64,000 nt of DNA from Candidatus Lindowbacteria bacterium RIFCSPLOWO2_12_FULL_62_27 (GTDB taxonomy: Bacteria; Lindowbacteria; 2-12-FULL-62-27). Where the stretch lies: contig MFPR01000026.1 of the NCBI GenBank assembly GCA_001784175.1, positions 62,001 through 126,000 of the forward strand, written 5' to 3'. Position 1 is the stretch's first letter. Each line of letters opens with the position of its first letter. The position numbers and the translations under genes were made by a program. The notes under the pieces were generated by a model that was not told the origin of the DNA, did not search any database, and saw nothing but the letters and a program-made list of their open reading frames with translations. Below are positions 28,423-39,200 of the stretch, piece by piece.

Positions 28423-30884
28423 AGACAACTATTCGCCTCGTCTGCCTTTTTCTCGCTCTATCCGTCTCCGAAGCGCGTGCCGGCCGGGTTTCGGCGCCCG
28501 CGCAGGATACCGCGGCTGCGGGAGTGAAAAACGCCGGCGCGATGAAGCACGGGATGGCGGTCGGCGCCGATAAGAGAACGCTGAACGTCCTGGCCACCGA
28601 GAAAATCGAGTCGATGAAGGCTGTTCCTCAAACCGCGAAGGCGCCTGCGGCCGCGTCGCCCTACGGCGCGACCTACAAGGCGTCCAACGTCAATCTCGCC
28701 CCCGGCGCCGACGCCGCTGTCGAGGTGACGCTCACCAACACCGGCAGTCTCGCCTGGGATGCCAACGGTCAATTCAGGCTCGCCTACCATTTGTACCAAG
28801 GGAGCAAACAACTGAGTTTTGGCGAGGTGCGAACGGCGATACCGGCGGCGGTCGCATCCGGAGGCAATATCACGGTGCAGGCCAGGGTCAAGGCGCCGAA
28901 AGATCCGGGCGTCTACACGATGAAGTGGGACCTCGTTCATGAGAATGTCACTTGGTTCTCCTGGAAGAAAGTGCCGACGGGAGACGTGACGTTGACGGTG
29001 GCCGCGGCGGCGGCGCCGGACGACGCGGTCGAGCAAGCCAAAAAAATTCTGTCGCGCATGGTCGGCGCGTTGAACGGGCGAAACGTCGACGACCTGATGT
29101 CGCCTGTGGGCCCGACCGCCAGCGTGTCTCTGAATGGCCGCGCAACCGACGCGGGCGATTACAGCCGCTCGATTTCCTCGGCTCTCCCGTTTCTGACAGA
29201 CCTTGTCTGGGACGCGCAGGTCACCGAGGCGGTGCGGGATCCGAAAACGGGCGCGGTGCGGATCCGGGCGCGGTCGACCTATTCGGCCAAATTGGCCGAG
29301 CCGGTCGGCGTCACCAGCGCGTCGCTGGCAAAACCGGCCGAACTGGTTTCAGCGCAAAAGCGTGTCACGGAGGCGTTCAACAGCGCGGCGGATGAAATCT
29401 ACGAATTCAAGCCGGATGCGTCCGGCAAACTGCAAGTCACCGAAATTGTCTCGGCCCTGCCGCTCGACGCCAAACTCCTCGATCGCACCGCCGCCATGGG
29501 CGCCGAGTGGGACGTCAAGGTCGTGGTGTTCGGGTTGTTCTATTACATCGAGAAGAACGACCTCGGCAATTTCGCGGGACTGATCGGTTCCGATTTCATC
29601 AACAACGACGACAACGGATTCAAACACAGCAAGACCGATTTTCTGGAGTCGGCGAAGGCCGACCTCGATCACCTGACCTCGATCGACCACAGCGTCCGCG
29701 TCGAGGACATCCAGATGAGCGTCGACCGCACCCGCGCGCGGGTTCCCGTCTCATGGGACCGCCGGGCGCGCATCGCGAACAAGAATACGGAGTGGACGAA
29801 CAAGGACCAGAAGACAACCCTGACTTTGCTCCGGGCGCCGGGGTCTGGATTCGGCCTTGTGCTGATCGAAGGCAATCCCCTCCTCGGCAATTCCAGCCGC
29901 ATGACGCGCAAGACGCTGATCAATGCGGGCGAGCTGGACGGCACATCTGTGGCGAACCCGTTGGCTGTCAGCGATGCGCGAGAGATAGCTGTCGCGACAT
30001 CTGCGGACTTCCCCGAGAATCTGCCGAGCAACAGCCGCGCGGGCGTCATCACCGCTTCCCAAACATTTACTTTCACAGGAGCCGTGCAGAGTTTCACGGT
30101 GCCGGTATCGACTGCGTTGACCATCAAATCATGGGGAGCCGGCGGAGGCGGCGGAGGATGGGCCGCCGACAATGGAGCGGATGGCGGAGGCGGCGCCTAT
30201 GCCACGACGACGGTGCTTTTGACCAAGGGAGACGTTATCCAGATATATGTAGGCGGCGGCGGCGACTCGGGAGCCAACTCGTCCACCAATACGGGTGGCG
30301 GCCCTGGCGGATTCGGATACGGGTCGGGCGCAGCGGGCGGAAACAGCGGAGACCAAGGCAATTCGGGTGGCGGCGGTGGCGGGGGAGGTTCGACCGCAGT
30401 CACGAATCAAAGCGGAACAACATTCTATGTGGTTGCGGCCGGCGGCGGCGGGGGAGGCGGCGCTGCAACTGTGGCGAAACCTGGTGCGGCGGGCGGCGCC
30501 GGCGGTCAGAATGGATCGACAGCGACAAACGGAGGTGGTGCAGGAGGAACAACAGGCGCCTCCGGATCAAAAGACGGAACCGCCGGCACATCCCCGGCCG
30601 CGGGATTGGACGGAGGCGGCGGAGGCGGAGGCGGAGGCGGATATACCGCCGGCGGCACGGGCGGCAGCACGCCTGCCGGTGACTTCGCCGGCGGCGGCGG
30701 GGCCGGAGGAAACAGCACCGGCACAGTCACAGCCGGGAGCAACAAAACGCCCGGCAATTCGACCGACGCGGATTTGACCGCCGGCCTCGCGACGGGCGGC
30801 ACGGCATCAACAACCGGCACCGGCGCGCCCGGCACCGGCAACGCCACCCGCGGCGGCCACGGAATGGTGAAAATATCATGGTGA
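28419..30884 (+). CDS. Exported multidomain protein: NBR1-FW/Ig-like domain, two NTF2-like domains and a C-terminal glycine-rich domain
   Basis: Ig-like VTLTNTGSLAW...FRLAYH...APKDPGVYTMKWDLV. Two helix-then-beta NTF2-like units. Gly-rich domain FTFTGAVQSFTVP...WGAGGGGG...GGHGMVKISW. ATGA overlap with the upstream gene. Confidence 0.7.
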   Translation: MKTTIRLVCLFLALSVSEARAGRVSAPAQDTAAAGVKNAGAMKHGMAVGADKRTLNVLATEKIESMKAVPQTAKAPAAASPYGATYKASNVNLAPGADAAVEVTLTNTGSLAWDANGQFRLAYHLYQGSKQLSFGEVRTAIPAAVASGGNITVQARVKAPKDPGVYTMKWDLVHENVTWFSWKKVPTGDVTLTVAAAAAPDDAVEQAKKILSRMVGALNGRNVDDLMSPVGPTASVSLNGRATDAGDYSRSISSALPFLTDLVWDAQVTEAVRDPKTGAVRIRARSTYSAKLAEPVGVTSASLAKPAELVSAQKRVTEAFNSAADEIYEFKPDASGKLQVTEIVSALPLDAKLLDRTAAMGAEWDVKVVVFGLFYYIEKNDLGNFAGLIGSDFINNDDNGFKHSKTDFLESAKADLDHLTSIDHSVRVEDIQMSVDRTRARVPVSWDRRARIANKNTEWTNKDQKTTLTLLRAPGSGFGLVLIEGNPLLGNSSRMTRKTLINAGELDGTSVANPLAVSDAREIAVATSADFPENLPSNSRAGVITASQTFTFTGAVQSFTVPVSTALTIKSWGAGGGGGGWAADNGADGGGGAYATTTVLLTKGDVIQIYVGGGGDSGANSSTNTGGGPGGFGYGSGAAGGNSGDQGNSGGGGGGGGSTAVTNQSGTTFYVVAAGGGGGGGAATVAKPGAAGGAGGQNGSTATNGGGAGGTTGASGSKDGTAGTSPAAGLDGGGGGGGGGGYTAGGTGGSTPAGDFAGGGGAGGNSTGTVTAGSNKTPGNSTDADLTAGLATGGTASTTGTGAPGTGNATRGGHGMVKISW

Positions 30885-30909
30885 TCTCGTCCTTTTCATC
30901 AAAGCTCGA

Positions 30910-31020
30910 CACGGAGATCGCAGAGGTAGAGCACGGAGATCACGGAGAAGTCCGTATGGTTTGTGTTCCCCAAAATCGGAAACCTTCCATCTCCTCCGTG
31001 CTCTCCGTGTGCTCCGTGGT
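30910..31020. repeat. REP-like CACGGAG/CTCCGTG inverted-repeat element
   Basis: CACGGAG at 30910, 30932 and 30941; inverted CTCCGTG at 30994, 31003 and 31012. Confidence 0.7.
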
Positions 31021-33223
31021 CACGCTTCTTATGTTTCTCTTGCCTCATAGCGCTCTTGCTCTGTCGATCATGTATCCGGGAGAAGGAATCAAGACCGTCG
31101 TGTCGAAGACCGGCGAAGAGATCAAGAAAGTGCTTGACGCCGACAACGACGCGAGCCGCGCGGCGAAGGGCGTGGTCGCGCTGGTCGACCCCAACACCTG
31201 GGCCGGGTACTTCGACCAGTTCGACATGGACCTGACGGTCTCGGGTTATCACAACACCATCGACGGCAACCGCACGCGGTCGTTCCTGAAACCGGGCACG
31301 CAGACCCAGGAGCAGGCGAACATCGGCGGCAAAAAACGTTACGCGAATTTCGGCGGCGGGGACTTCGAGTTCAAATCCGCCATCCGTTCAACGGACGATC
31401 GGCAGGTCGACGCGGTGAAACGGACGCGATTGCAGAGTTTGTACGGCACGTTTTCGCGGCCCGACGATTACTCGCTCCGCCTCGGCAACGTGAGCGGGTC
31501 GTTCACGTCGTATTCGCTGTCTTCGAGCGCGAATGTCGGGGCGCATCTGACGAAGGAGCTGGGCGGGAAAAACATGTTCAAGGAGTTGCAGTTTTATTTT
31601 GCGCGGCCGACCCGGCATCTGGAGGGCACGTCGTTTCAGCGATTGGTGGTCGGGGCGCGGCTGGCGGATATGAAGATCGAGGGCTGGGACGAGTTGCAGA
31701 AGCTGGGCTTAAGTTACGTGAAAACAAAAGACATCGTGGACAGCATTAAGGACACGAGCGCGCGGCCGGCGAACGCGGTGGAGAATCAAGTGGTGTCGGC
31801 CGACGCGAGTTTCAAATTCGGCGGTGACGCGACGGTGCAGGCCGAGTGGGCGTATTCGAAGACGGACCCGAACACGCAGGCGAGTTTGGCGGATGTCATT
31901 CATGGGGCGGCCTACAAGCTGAACGGGTCGTACCGCGCGAAGCCGCGCTTGGGATTCGACGCGACGAGCGTGACGACGTCGTTCGAGGAGGTGGACCCGG
32001 ACTATCGCTCGACCAGCGGCGGCGGATCGCCGGACGCGCGGCGCGTGACGCTGGGACTCAACAGCGGGATGAAGCTGTACGGCAACGCGCCGGACGTGAC
32101 GATGTCGTACAGCGGCAATTCGAGCCGAAACAATCTGGAAAACCAGATCGCGCGGCGCACGACCTCGACGGTGCACAATTTCAATTTCAGCTTTAAACCG
32201 TATCAAAAGACGAAGCCGGTTACCGACGAACTCTGGAACAACATGAGAAAGAACACGAGCGTCTCGACGGCGTTTGGCCAGAACATCACAAAGGCGAGCG
32301 ACAACTCGACGAAGAGCGCGATCAATAATCAGAACTATCAGCTCTCCACATCGAGCGGCCGGCACACGCTGTCGACGTTCTACCGGTACCAGATCACGCA
32401 GGAGAAAACGGCGGCAACGGGCGACCGGCGAAACGCGAGCAACGGGTTCACGTATGGGTTGAAAGAGATCAAGTGGAAGACATTCCTCTACCCGCAGAAG
32501 CCGTTCGGCACGGACATGACGCTGAATGCGACGCGCACGCGCGACAAGAGCATCGACGTGGCGGGCCGGTCGCACCAGCGGCAGTACGGGGTGAGCACGC
32601 AGACGAAGGTGAACGACGAGGAGCGCCTCGACGTCGACTACAACCTGAACCTGACGGACAACTACAACGAGAACAGCGACCTTCGGACGATGAACTGGAA
32701 ATGCGCGTACGTGGTGCAGAAGTTCATCCAGGAGGATGGGAGTTTTACCTTGTCCTATTCGTCCAATAAGACCGAGGAGGAGCTGATGACCCAGAACTAC
32801 CGCGAGGCGGTCTGGCGCGCGGACGCGAACCTCAAATGGGGAGGCCCGGCGCCGGAAATCGTGGCGGCGAGGGACGCGGCGGAAGCGGCGGTGAAGGAGA
32901 TCCTGAACGTCTACGCCGAGGAAGACATACTCAAATTCATGCAATTGGTGAGCAAGAACTTCAAAGGCGATCGCATCGCCTTCGAGAACCAGGTCCGCGC
33001 GTTGTACGACCGCGTGGACACGATCAAATACGAGGGCGTGTGGGCCTCAACGTTTGTGCCGGGCGACAACGTCCTCGAAATCACCTTCCGCTGGCAGCGC
33101 CGCTGGCGTGTCTACGCGACCGGCGCCGAAGAAACCGCCGCCGGCATCGCGCTCTTCCGCCTCGAAAAGGCCGGCAACCAATGGCTCCTGCAGGAGATTC
33201 GCGAAACCTCACCGCTCTTCTGA
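30956..33223 (+). CDS. Putative outer-membrane beta-barrel protein with a C-terminal NTF2-like domain
   Basis: Signal peptide ending in ALA. A long run of alternating-polarity beta strands rich in S/T/N/Y/F. C-terminal AVKEILNVYAEEDILKFMQLVSKNF...WLLQEI. Start may be 30878, 30956 or 31031. Confidence 0.6.
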   Translation: MVCVPQNRKPSISSVLSVCSVVTLLMFLLPHSALALSIMYPGEGIKTVVSKTGEEIKKVLDADNDASRAAKGVVALVDPNTWAGYFDQFDMDLTVSGYHNTIDGNRTRSFLKPGTQTQEQANIGGKKRYANFGGGDFEFKSAIRSTDDRQVDAVKRTRLQSLYGTFSRPDDYSLRLGNVSGSFTSYSLSSSANVGAHLTKELGGKNMFKELQFYFARPTRHLEGTSFQRLVVGARLADMKIEGWDELQKLGLSYVKTKDIVDSIKDTSARPANAVENQVVSADASFKFGGDATVQAEWAYSKTDPNTQASLADVIHGAAYKLNGSYRAKPRLGFDATSVTTSFEEVDPDYRSTSGGGSPDARRVTLGLNSGMKLYGNAPDVTMSYSGNSSRNNLENQIARRTTSTVHNFNFSFKPYQKTKPVTDELWNNMRKNTSVSTAFGQNITKASDNSTKSAINNQNYQLSTSSGRHTLSTFYRYQITQEKTAATGDRRNASNGFTYGLKEIKWKTFLYPQKPFGTDMTLNATRTRDKSIDVAGRSHQRQYGVSTQTKVNDEERLDVDYNLNLTDNYNENSDLRTMNWKCAYVVQKFIQEDGSFTLSYSSNKTEEELMTQNYREAVWRADANLKWGGPAPEIVAARDAAEAAVKEILNVYAEEDILKFMQLVSKNFKGDRIAFENQVRALYDRVDTIKYEGVWASTFVPGDNVLEITFRWQRRWRVYATGAEETAAGIALFRLEKAGNQWLLQEIRETSPLF

Positions 33224-33227
33224 CCGC

Positions 33228-36200
33228 TCAGCGCGAAACGTAAATCTTGTCTTTGACCTGCTCGAAAATTTCGTCGGTGATGTCGGGGACCTGTTTGAGG
33301 TCGGAGATGGTTTTGAATTTGCCGTAGGTGTAGCGGTAGGCGTCGATCATTTTGGCGCGGTACTCGTCGATGCCCGGCAGTTTCTGGAGGTCCTCCAGCG
33401 ACGCCGTGTTGATGTCCATCTTGCCCTGCTGTTCCGGCGACGCTTGCTGAGGCGGAGTGGACGATTTTATTTCCGGCGGCGGAAGAGACGCGTCGTAGGG
33501 TTCCTCCTTGGGCGTGGGCGCAGGCTCGGGCTCAGGCTCAGCCGCCGCAGGCGGCGGTGGCGGTGGCGGCGGCGGTGGCGCCGTGGGCTGCTTTTGTTGC
33601 GGCGCAGGCGCCGCCAGAGGCGCCGGTTTTGGCTGGGGGGCCGGCGCCACCGGTTTGGGCTGCGGCGCGGGCGCCGCGGTCATGGGCGCGGTGGTCGCGG
33701 GCGCGGGCGCCGGCGCAGTCGCCGGCCTCTGCTCCGGCTGCGGCGGCGGCGCCAGTGATCTCGGCCGCGTCGGCGCGACCTTCGGCACGACCACCGGCGG
33801 CGCGGGGGTTGGCGCCGGAGCGGGCGCCGGCGCAGGCGCTGTCCTCGCCGGCTCACTCGGAACGTAGGGCAGGGGCGGCAGTTTCTGTTCCTGCGGCGGC
33901 GCGAGGGTCAGATCGCCAAGTCCCGTGCCGCGGATGATGATGACGGGTTTGATGAATCGCTGGTATAATCCCTTGTTCATGCCGAGTCCGAGCATGAGCG
34001 CCTCAAACTCCTCCTCGCTGCGGAAAATCCCACGGGCCTTGCGCTCCTCCACGATCTTTTGCGCCATCCCGAGGTTAATACCCTTGATCCGCACCAGCTC
34101 CTGGAGACTGACCACGTTCGGGTCAACTTTGTATTCGATCCGGTAGACGACGTCGTCGAAAATCACCCGCGTGAGGCCCGGCACCGTCATCAGGTGCTCC
34201 AGCGCCTGGTAGGGGCCGAACTGCTCGCGTCGCGCCACGATCCGCTGGGCCAGCCGGAAAGGCTGGTCGGGATCGACATCGCTGCGGAGTCCGGGGAGTT
34301 CCGAGATTTCGGCGATGGAGGAGGTGTTGATGTTGACGGGGAATGGCGTGATCTGCTGGAGGGACTTGGCAACCTCCTTCGTGACCTGCGTAGCCTCCGG
34401 CAGGTTGGTGATGACGTGGGGTGAAATGAAGATCATCAGCTCAGTTTTGAGTTTCTTCTCAGTCTTCGACTTGAACAGGTTGCCCACGACGGGTATTTCC
34501 TTCAGAAATGGAACGCCCGAGTTCGAGAGTGTTTTCTTGTCGCGGATGACGCCGCCGAGCACTAGGGTCTGCGCGTCGCCCAGGAGGATCTTCGAGCTGG
34601 CCTCGCGCCGGTCGATCGTCAAAACGGTGCCGGCGACCGGGGTGGCCGAGAATTCGTTGATGGTCACCACGATGTCCAGCTCAACGGTCCGCTCGCTGGA
34701 AATGGTCGGCGTGATTTCAAGGCTCAGGGTCGCGTCCACCGGTTCGGTCGCGGACGACACGACACCGGTGACGGACGTTTGATCGAGCCGGACCCGCACG
34801 GTCTGCCCCAGCAGGATCTTGGCCTTCTGGTTGTTCAAGGTCGTCACCTTGGGCGTGGCCAGAATCTCGGTGCGGTTCGTCGACGTGAGGAACTCAAACA
34901 GGACCCGCGCCTGCGCCGTGTTCAGGATGGCGCGGTAGGTCCCGGCGCCGAGCAGGCTCGGCGAAAATTCCATGCCGAGCTTGCCTTCCTTGCCCGTCAG
35001 TTGACTCGGGTCGAAAACGGATTTCTGCGCGCCGCCGGAGGCGCGGAGGGCGTCCGGGTTGGTGATGAAATTGATACCGCGCTGATCGTTGTCATCCAGC
35101 GTGTATTCGAGGATCGTGGCGTCGATGAGGACCTGGGGCGCGGGCCGGTCGTGGGCGTCGATGATCTTGTGTATTTCGTTCATCTGCGCCGGCGGCGCCA
35201 GCACAGTCAGGATGTTGAGCCGGTCGTCGGCGGTGATGCTGGCGAAAAGCTGGGACTGGGTCGAGGCGGGTTTCGACGTGGTGACGAGGGGATCGAAGTT
35301 TCCCTCCTGAGCGCTGGTGGTGATCTCTCCAGCGGCCCCGGCGGCGCCTTTCCCCGTGCTGCTCTTGACCGTCACCTCGGTGACCTTGCTCTTGCCCTTC
35401 AGAATATTGGCCATTTCGGAGGGTTTGATGTAGCGGAGGACGAAGGACCGGCTGATGAAGTCCGGGGGCGCCGGGGTGGCGATGTCGATGTTCGCGACCA
35501 TGCCGTTCACCATCGGGATGTTGGATTCGAGCGTCGCCACAATGACCAGATTCGGGCCGGCCAGAGATCGGACGACGCCCACGATCCCGCTGCTGATGCC
35601 GCCGGCGCTGACCATCGACCCGGTGAACAGACTGCTCAACAAGACCGCCGCGTCCGCGGCCGTCACATTCTTCATCTGATACACCTTGGTCGTGAATCCA
35701 GGGGTTGTGCCGACGCCGGGCTGATCCATCTCCTGAATGAGCCGTTCGATCTGCTCGATCGATTCCTTCGGCGCTTGAACGATCACGGTGTTGGTGGACT
35801 GGATGAGGTTGATGATGCCGTAAATTTTGCCCGGCGTCAGGCCCGCCTGGTCTGAAGACGTGACAAACCCGGCGAGCGCATTGGCGATGGCGACGGCGCT
35901 CGTGTTCTGGATTTTGTACAGCTTGAATTCCAGATCCCGGTAGGACTTCATCTTCCCGACGAAATCCTTGAAGGCCTCAATGTTTGGCGGCATGTCGCGG
36001 ATGATGAGATACAGCCGGTCCTGGGCCAGCGTGATGAAAATCATGCCGGACGGGGAAAGCATGGTCTTGACGAGTTCGGCGATCTCCGTGCGGAATACGA
36101 GCTGTTCGGACCCGGGCGTGCTGAAGGTCCAGACGGCGTCGCCTGACTGGTTGGTCTTGGCGGTCACGGTCTGCGGCGGGATCACAAGGTAGCTCCGGAG

Positions 36201-39200
36201 CGGAGTGATGTCGAGGATCTGGATTTCCAGTCCCGGCGTCATCTGGATGTCGATCTGCGGGAGCACGGCGGCGACGGCGGACTGGACATCCTCGCGGGCC
36301 AGAACCAGCAGGCTGTTGGCGCGGTCCAGCGGCAGGATCGCCGGCTGGTCGAGGGCGTCGGTGAGGCTGCGGAAGAAACTGATGGCTTGGGACGTCGTGG
36401 CGGTGGATCGCGTTCCCTCGAAGATTTGCGTCGTGAAGAACCGCTGGGCGCCGGTGCGCGCGTCGCGGAGCCCGAGGAACTGCCGGAGGACCTCGGCGGC
36501 GTCCGCGACCCGCATGTTTTTGACCTCGTAGGCCCGGATGAACGTCTTGGTGTTGTCGGCCTGTTCCAGAAGCCGCAGGACGTTTTCGACGATGGCCGGC
36601 GCATCGTAGACGATCACCAGCTTGTTGTCCTTGTCGACGAGCCACCACCCGCGCGAGATTTCCTTGGTGGCGGCGGCCGTCACGGATTCCTCCCACACCC
36701 ATTCGCCCGTGCCGGTGTTGGTGGCCGTGACTCTCTTCCGTTCCTCCTGCGCCGCGGCGGGCGGGGAAGGGATGATGTTTCCGAGGAAAGAGGTGAGATT
36801 TGTCGGATCGAGGAATTTGAGCCGGTAGATGGCGAGTTTCTTGGCGCCCTTGTCGAGCGCGTTGACGGCATTTTCGAGTTCCAGGACGACGTCGCGCCGG
36901 TCGTTTACGAGGTACGAGTTGAATTCGGGATAATGCCGGTACGTGCCGCCCACCGACAGATGTTTATGGATGAGGGCGTCGGCCGTTTCGGTGTCGAGAT
37001 AGAAAAACCGGAACTCGCGGGTCACGGTGTCGGAGTAGGCGGTCTTGACGTCAAGGGATTCGATGACCTGCCCCATCAGGAACAGGACCTCGCGGGTGGA
37101 TAGGATCGTCACCGTGTTTTTAGCGGGGTTCACGGTCATGATGTTGAGGAGCAGCGACTGCTTGACGAACTGCTCGTCCGTGATGCCCTCGCCGGACTTG
37201 CCGCGGACGCGGCGCGTGAGGCGGAGCTGGTCGTAGCTGATGACGCCGAGCTTGGTGATGGACAGGTCGCTGTTGATGACGGTGAACTCGAACTTGCCCG
37301 ACTGCTTGAGGATGTCGGACAGCCTCGAGGCCATCTCGGACGCCGACGCGTTTTTGAGCTGGTACGTGCGGACCTCCAGGTACGACTCCTGGGTCTTGGC
37401 GGTGGAGACATCGAGGACGGCAAGGATGTTGGCGACCTTCTTGACGTTGTCGGCCGTCTGGATGACCAGGAGCCGGTTGGAGAGGGGGTCGGCCACGATC
37501 TGGCCGCCGTCCTTTTCGACGAACTCGGTCAGGAGCTTCACGATGTTTTCGGCGGTCGTGTACTTGAGCTCGAACACGTGCGTGACGAACTTCCCGCCGG
37601 TCTGGGGCGTGTCAGAGACGACCGGGAGCGGCCGGCCGACCGCGCGGGTCTTGGCGATGATGCGGACGGTGTTGCCCTCGGTGACGCGCGTGAGCCCGGA
37701 GCTTTCGAGGACCATGTCGAGGGCTTCGAGGACGGTGACGTCGACGACGTGGATGGTGAGGGGCGGGATCTCGACCTTTTTCTCGGCGCCCTTGTGATCG
37801 AGGAAGGGCACGACGAATTTTTTCTTGGCGTCGTCATATTCGAGGTCGAAGATGACGTTCATGTTGCCGAGTTGCGCGAGGGTGCGGATGACGTCGACGA
37901 CGACGGCGTCCTTGAAATCAAGCGACACGATCCGCTGGCCGGACTTGGCCGTAAAGAGCACGCGCTCGCTCGTGCCCGCGCCGCCGATCAGACTCGCCTC
38001 CACCAGCTGCTCGCCCGCCTCCACGCCGAGGACCCAGACCTCGCAGCGGGCCAGGCCGGCGGTGTCGGAGACGGCCTCGTTGTCGCGGGGGTCGTTGAAT
38101 TTGATGGTGTCGAGCCGGCCGTTGCCTTTGAGGATCGTGTACTGGACTTTCGCGCCGATCACCGGATTGCCGTATTCGTCGGTGACGCGCGTCACGAGGT
38201 GATCCTTCAGTTCGTCGCCCGCAATGGCCTCCTGACCGTCCCCGGAAACTTTTTCGAGGTGGACTGGCGGCCCCGCGGTGACGATCACGGGGATGACCAT
38301 TTCGACGAGGTTGAATTTGGCGGGATCGCCGGCCGAAACCTTGATCGAAATCGGCTCGATCTTTCTGCCCACGGCCAGCGGCGCCTCGGCCACGCCGGAT
38401 TTGTTGGTGTTCACTTTGATTTTCTGAACGCCGTCGGCTGCGGACCCGGAGAGGCTGCCTTCGCCGGACATGAGCTCAAACGTGACCGGCAGGTCGATCA
38501 CCGGCTGGGCGCTGGCCGCGTCGACCACCTTGACGCCCACCGGCGCGGCCTTGCGGGACACGGCGACGCTCTGGCCGGCGCCGATGAGATTGGTGAACGC
38601 GTAGAGCGGGCCGATTTCTACTGTGGGCGTGGGCGCTGCGGCGGGTTCCGTGACGGCCGGCGCTGCCGGCGGCGCGCCCGCCAGCGCCTCGGGCGGCGAC
38701 GCGCCGCCGAACCGCACCCAGATCCCGCCACGGCCGGCCTCCACCGCCGGCTGATCTGAGCCGCGGAGCAGGTCGAGTACGACGCGCGCGGTCATGATCG
38801 GAAACGTGCTGAACTGGCTGTGTCGGATGCGCAGGATCGGGCCGCGTTTGATGTCGTATGATTTCCTTGGCAAACGATCGACCGCGCCGGGCAGGTCGAT
38901 CGACATCATGGGCGGAGAGGCGACAGGGTTGGGCAGAAAATCAACGCCATCGGTCGTTCGGATGAAAACGACCGGCGCGCCCGGTTCGCCGTATACTTCG
39001 AGTCCGTAGACGCTCGGCTCGTCGCCGGCCGGCGGTTTCTCCGAGCCGAACCGCAGGACGGGCGTGCCGGATGTTTCTTTCGGCGCTGCGGGCGCGGCAG
39101 GCGCGGCTGCGGTTGTGGGCGTGGCAGGCGCAGCTTCCGTCGGCGGCGCAACGGCCACGGGTTTCTCCTCTTTCGGCGGTTCCGGCGCTTTCGCTGTTTC

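Noticed and set aside
30130-30870. PE-PGRS or collagen-like gene, or simple-sequence artefact
   Set aside because: The GGC runs form a bounded glycine-rich domain with typical flanking beta strands. There is no PE domain and no Gly-X-Y periodicity.
17829-33223. Diversity-generating retroelement (template/variable repeat pair) for the duplicated barrel or lectin sequences
   Set aside because: Differences between the copies are largely synonymous and involve all four bases rather than only adenines, and there is no reverse transcriptase in the window.
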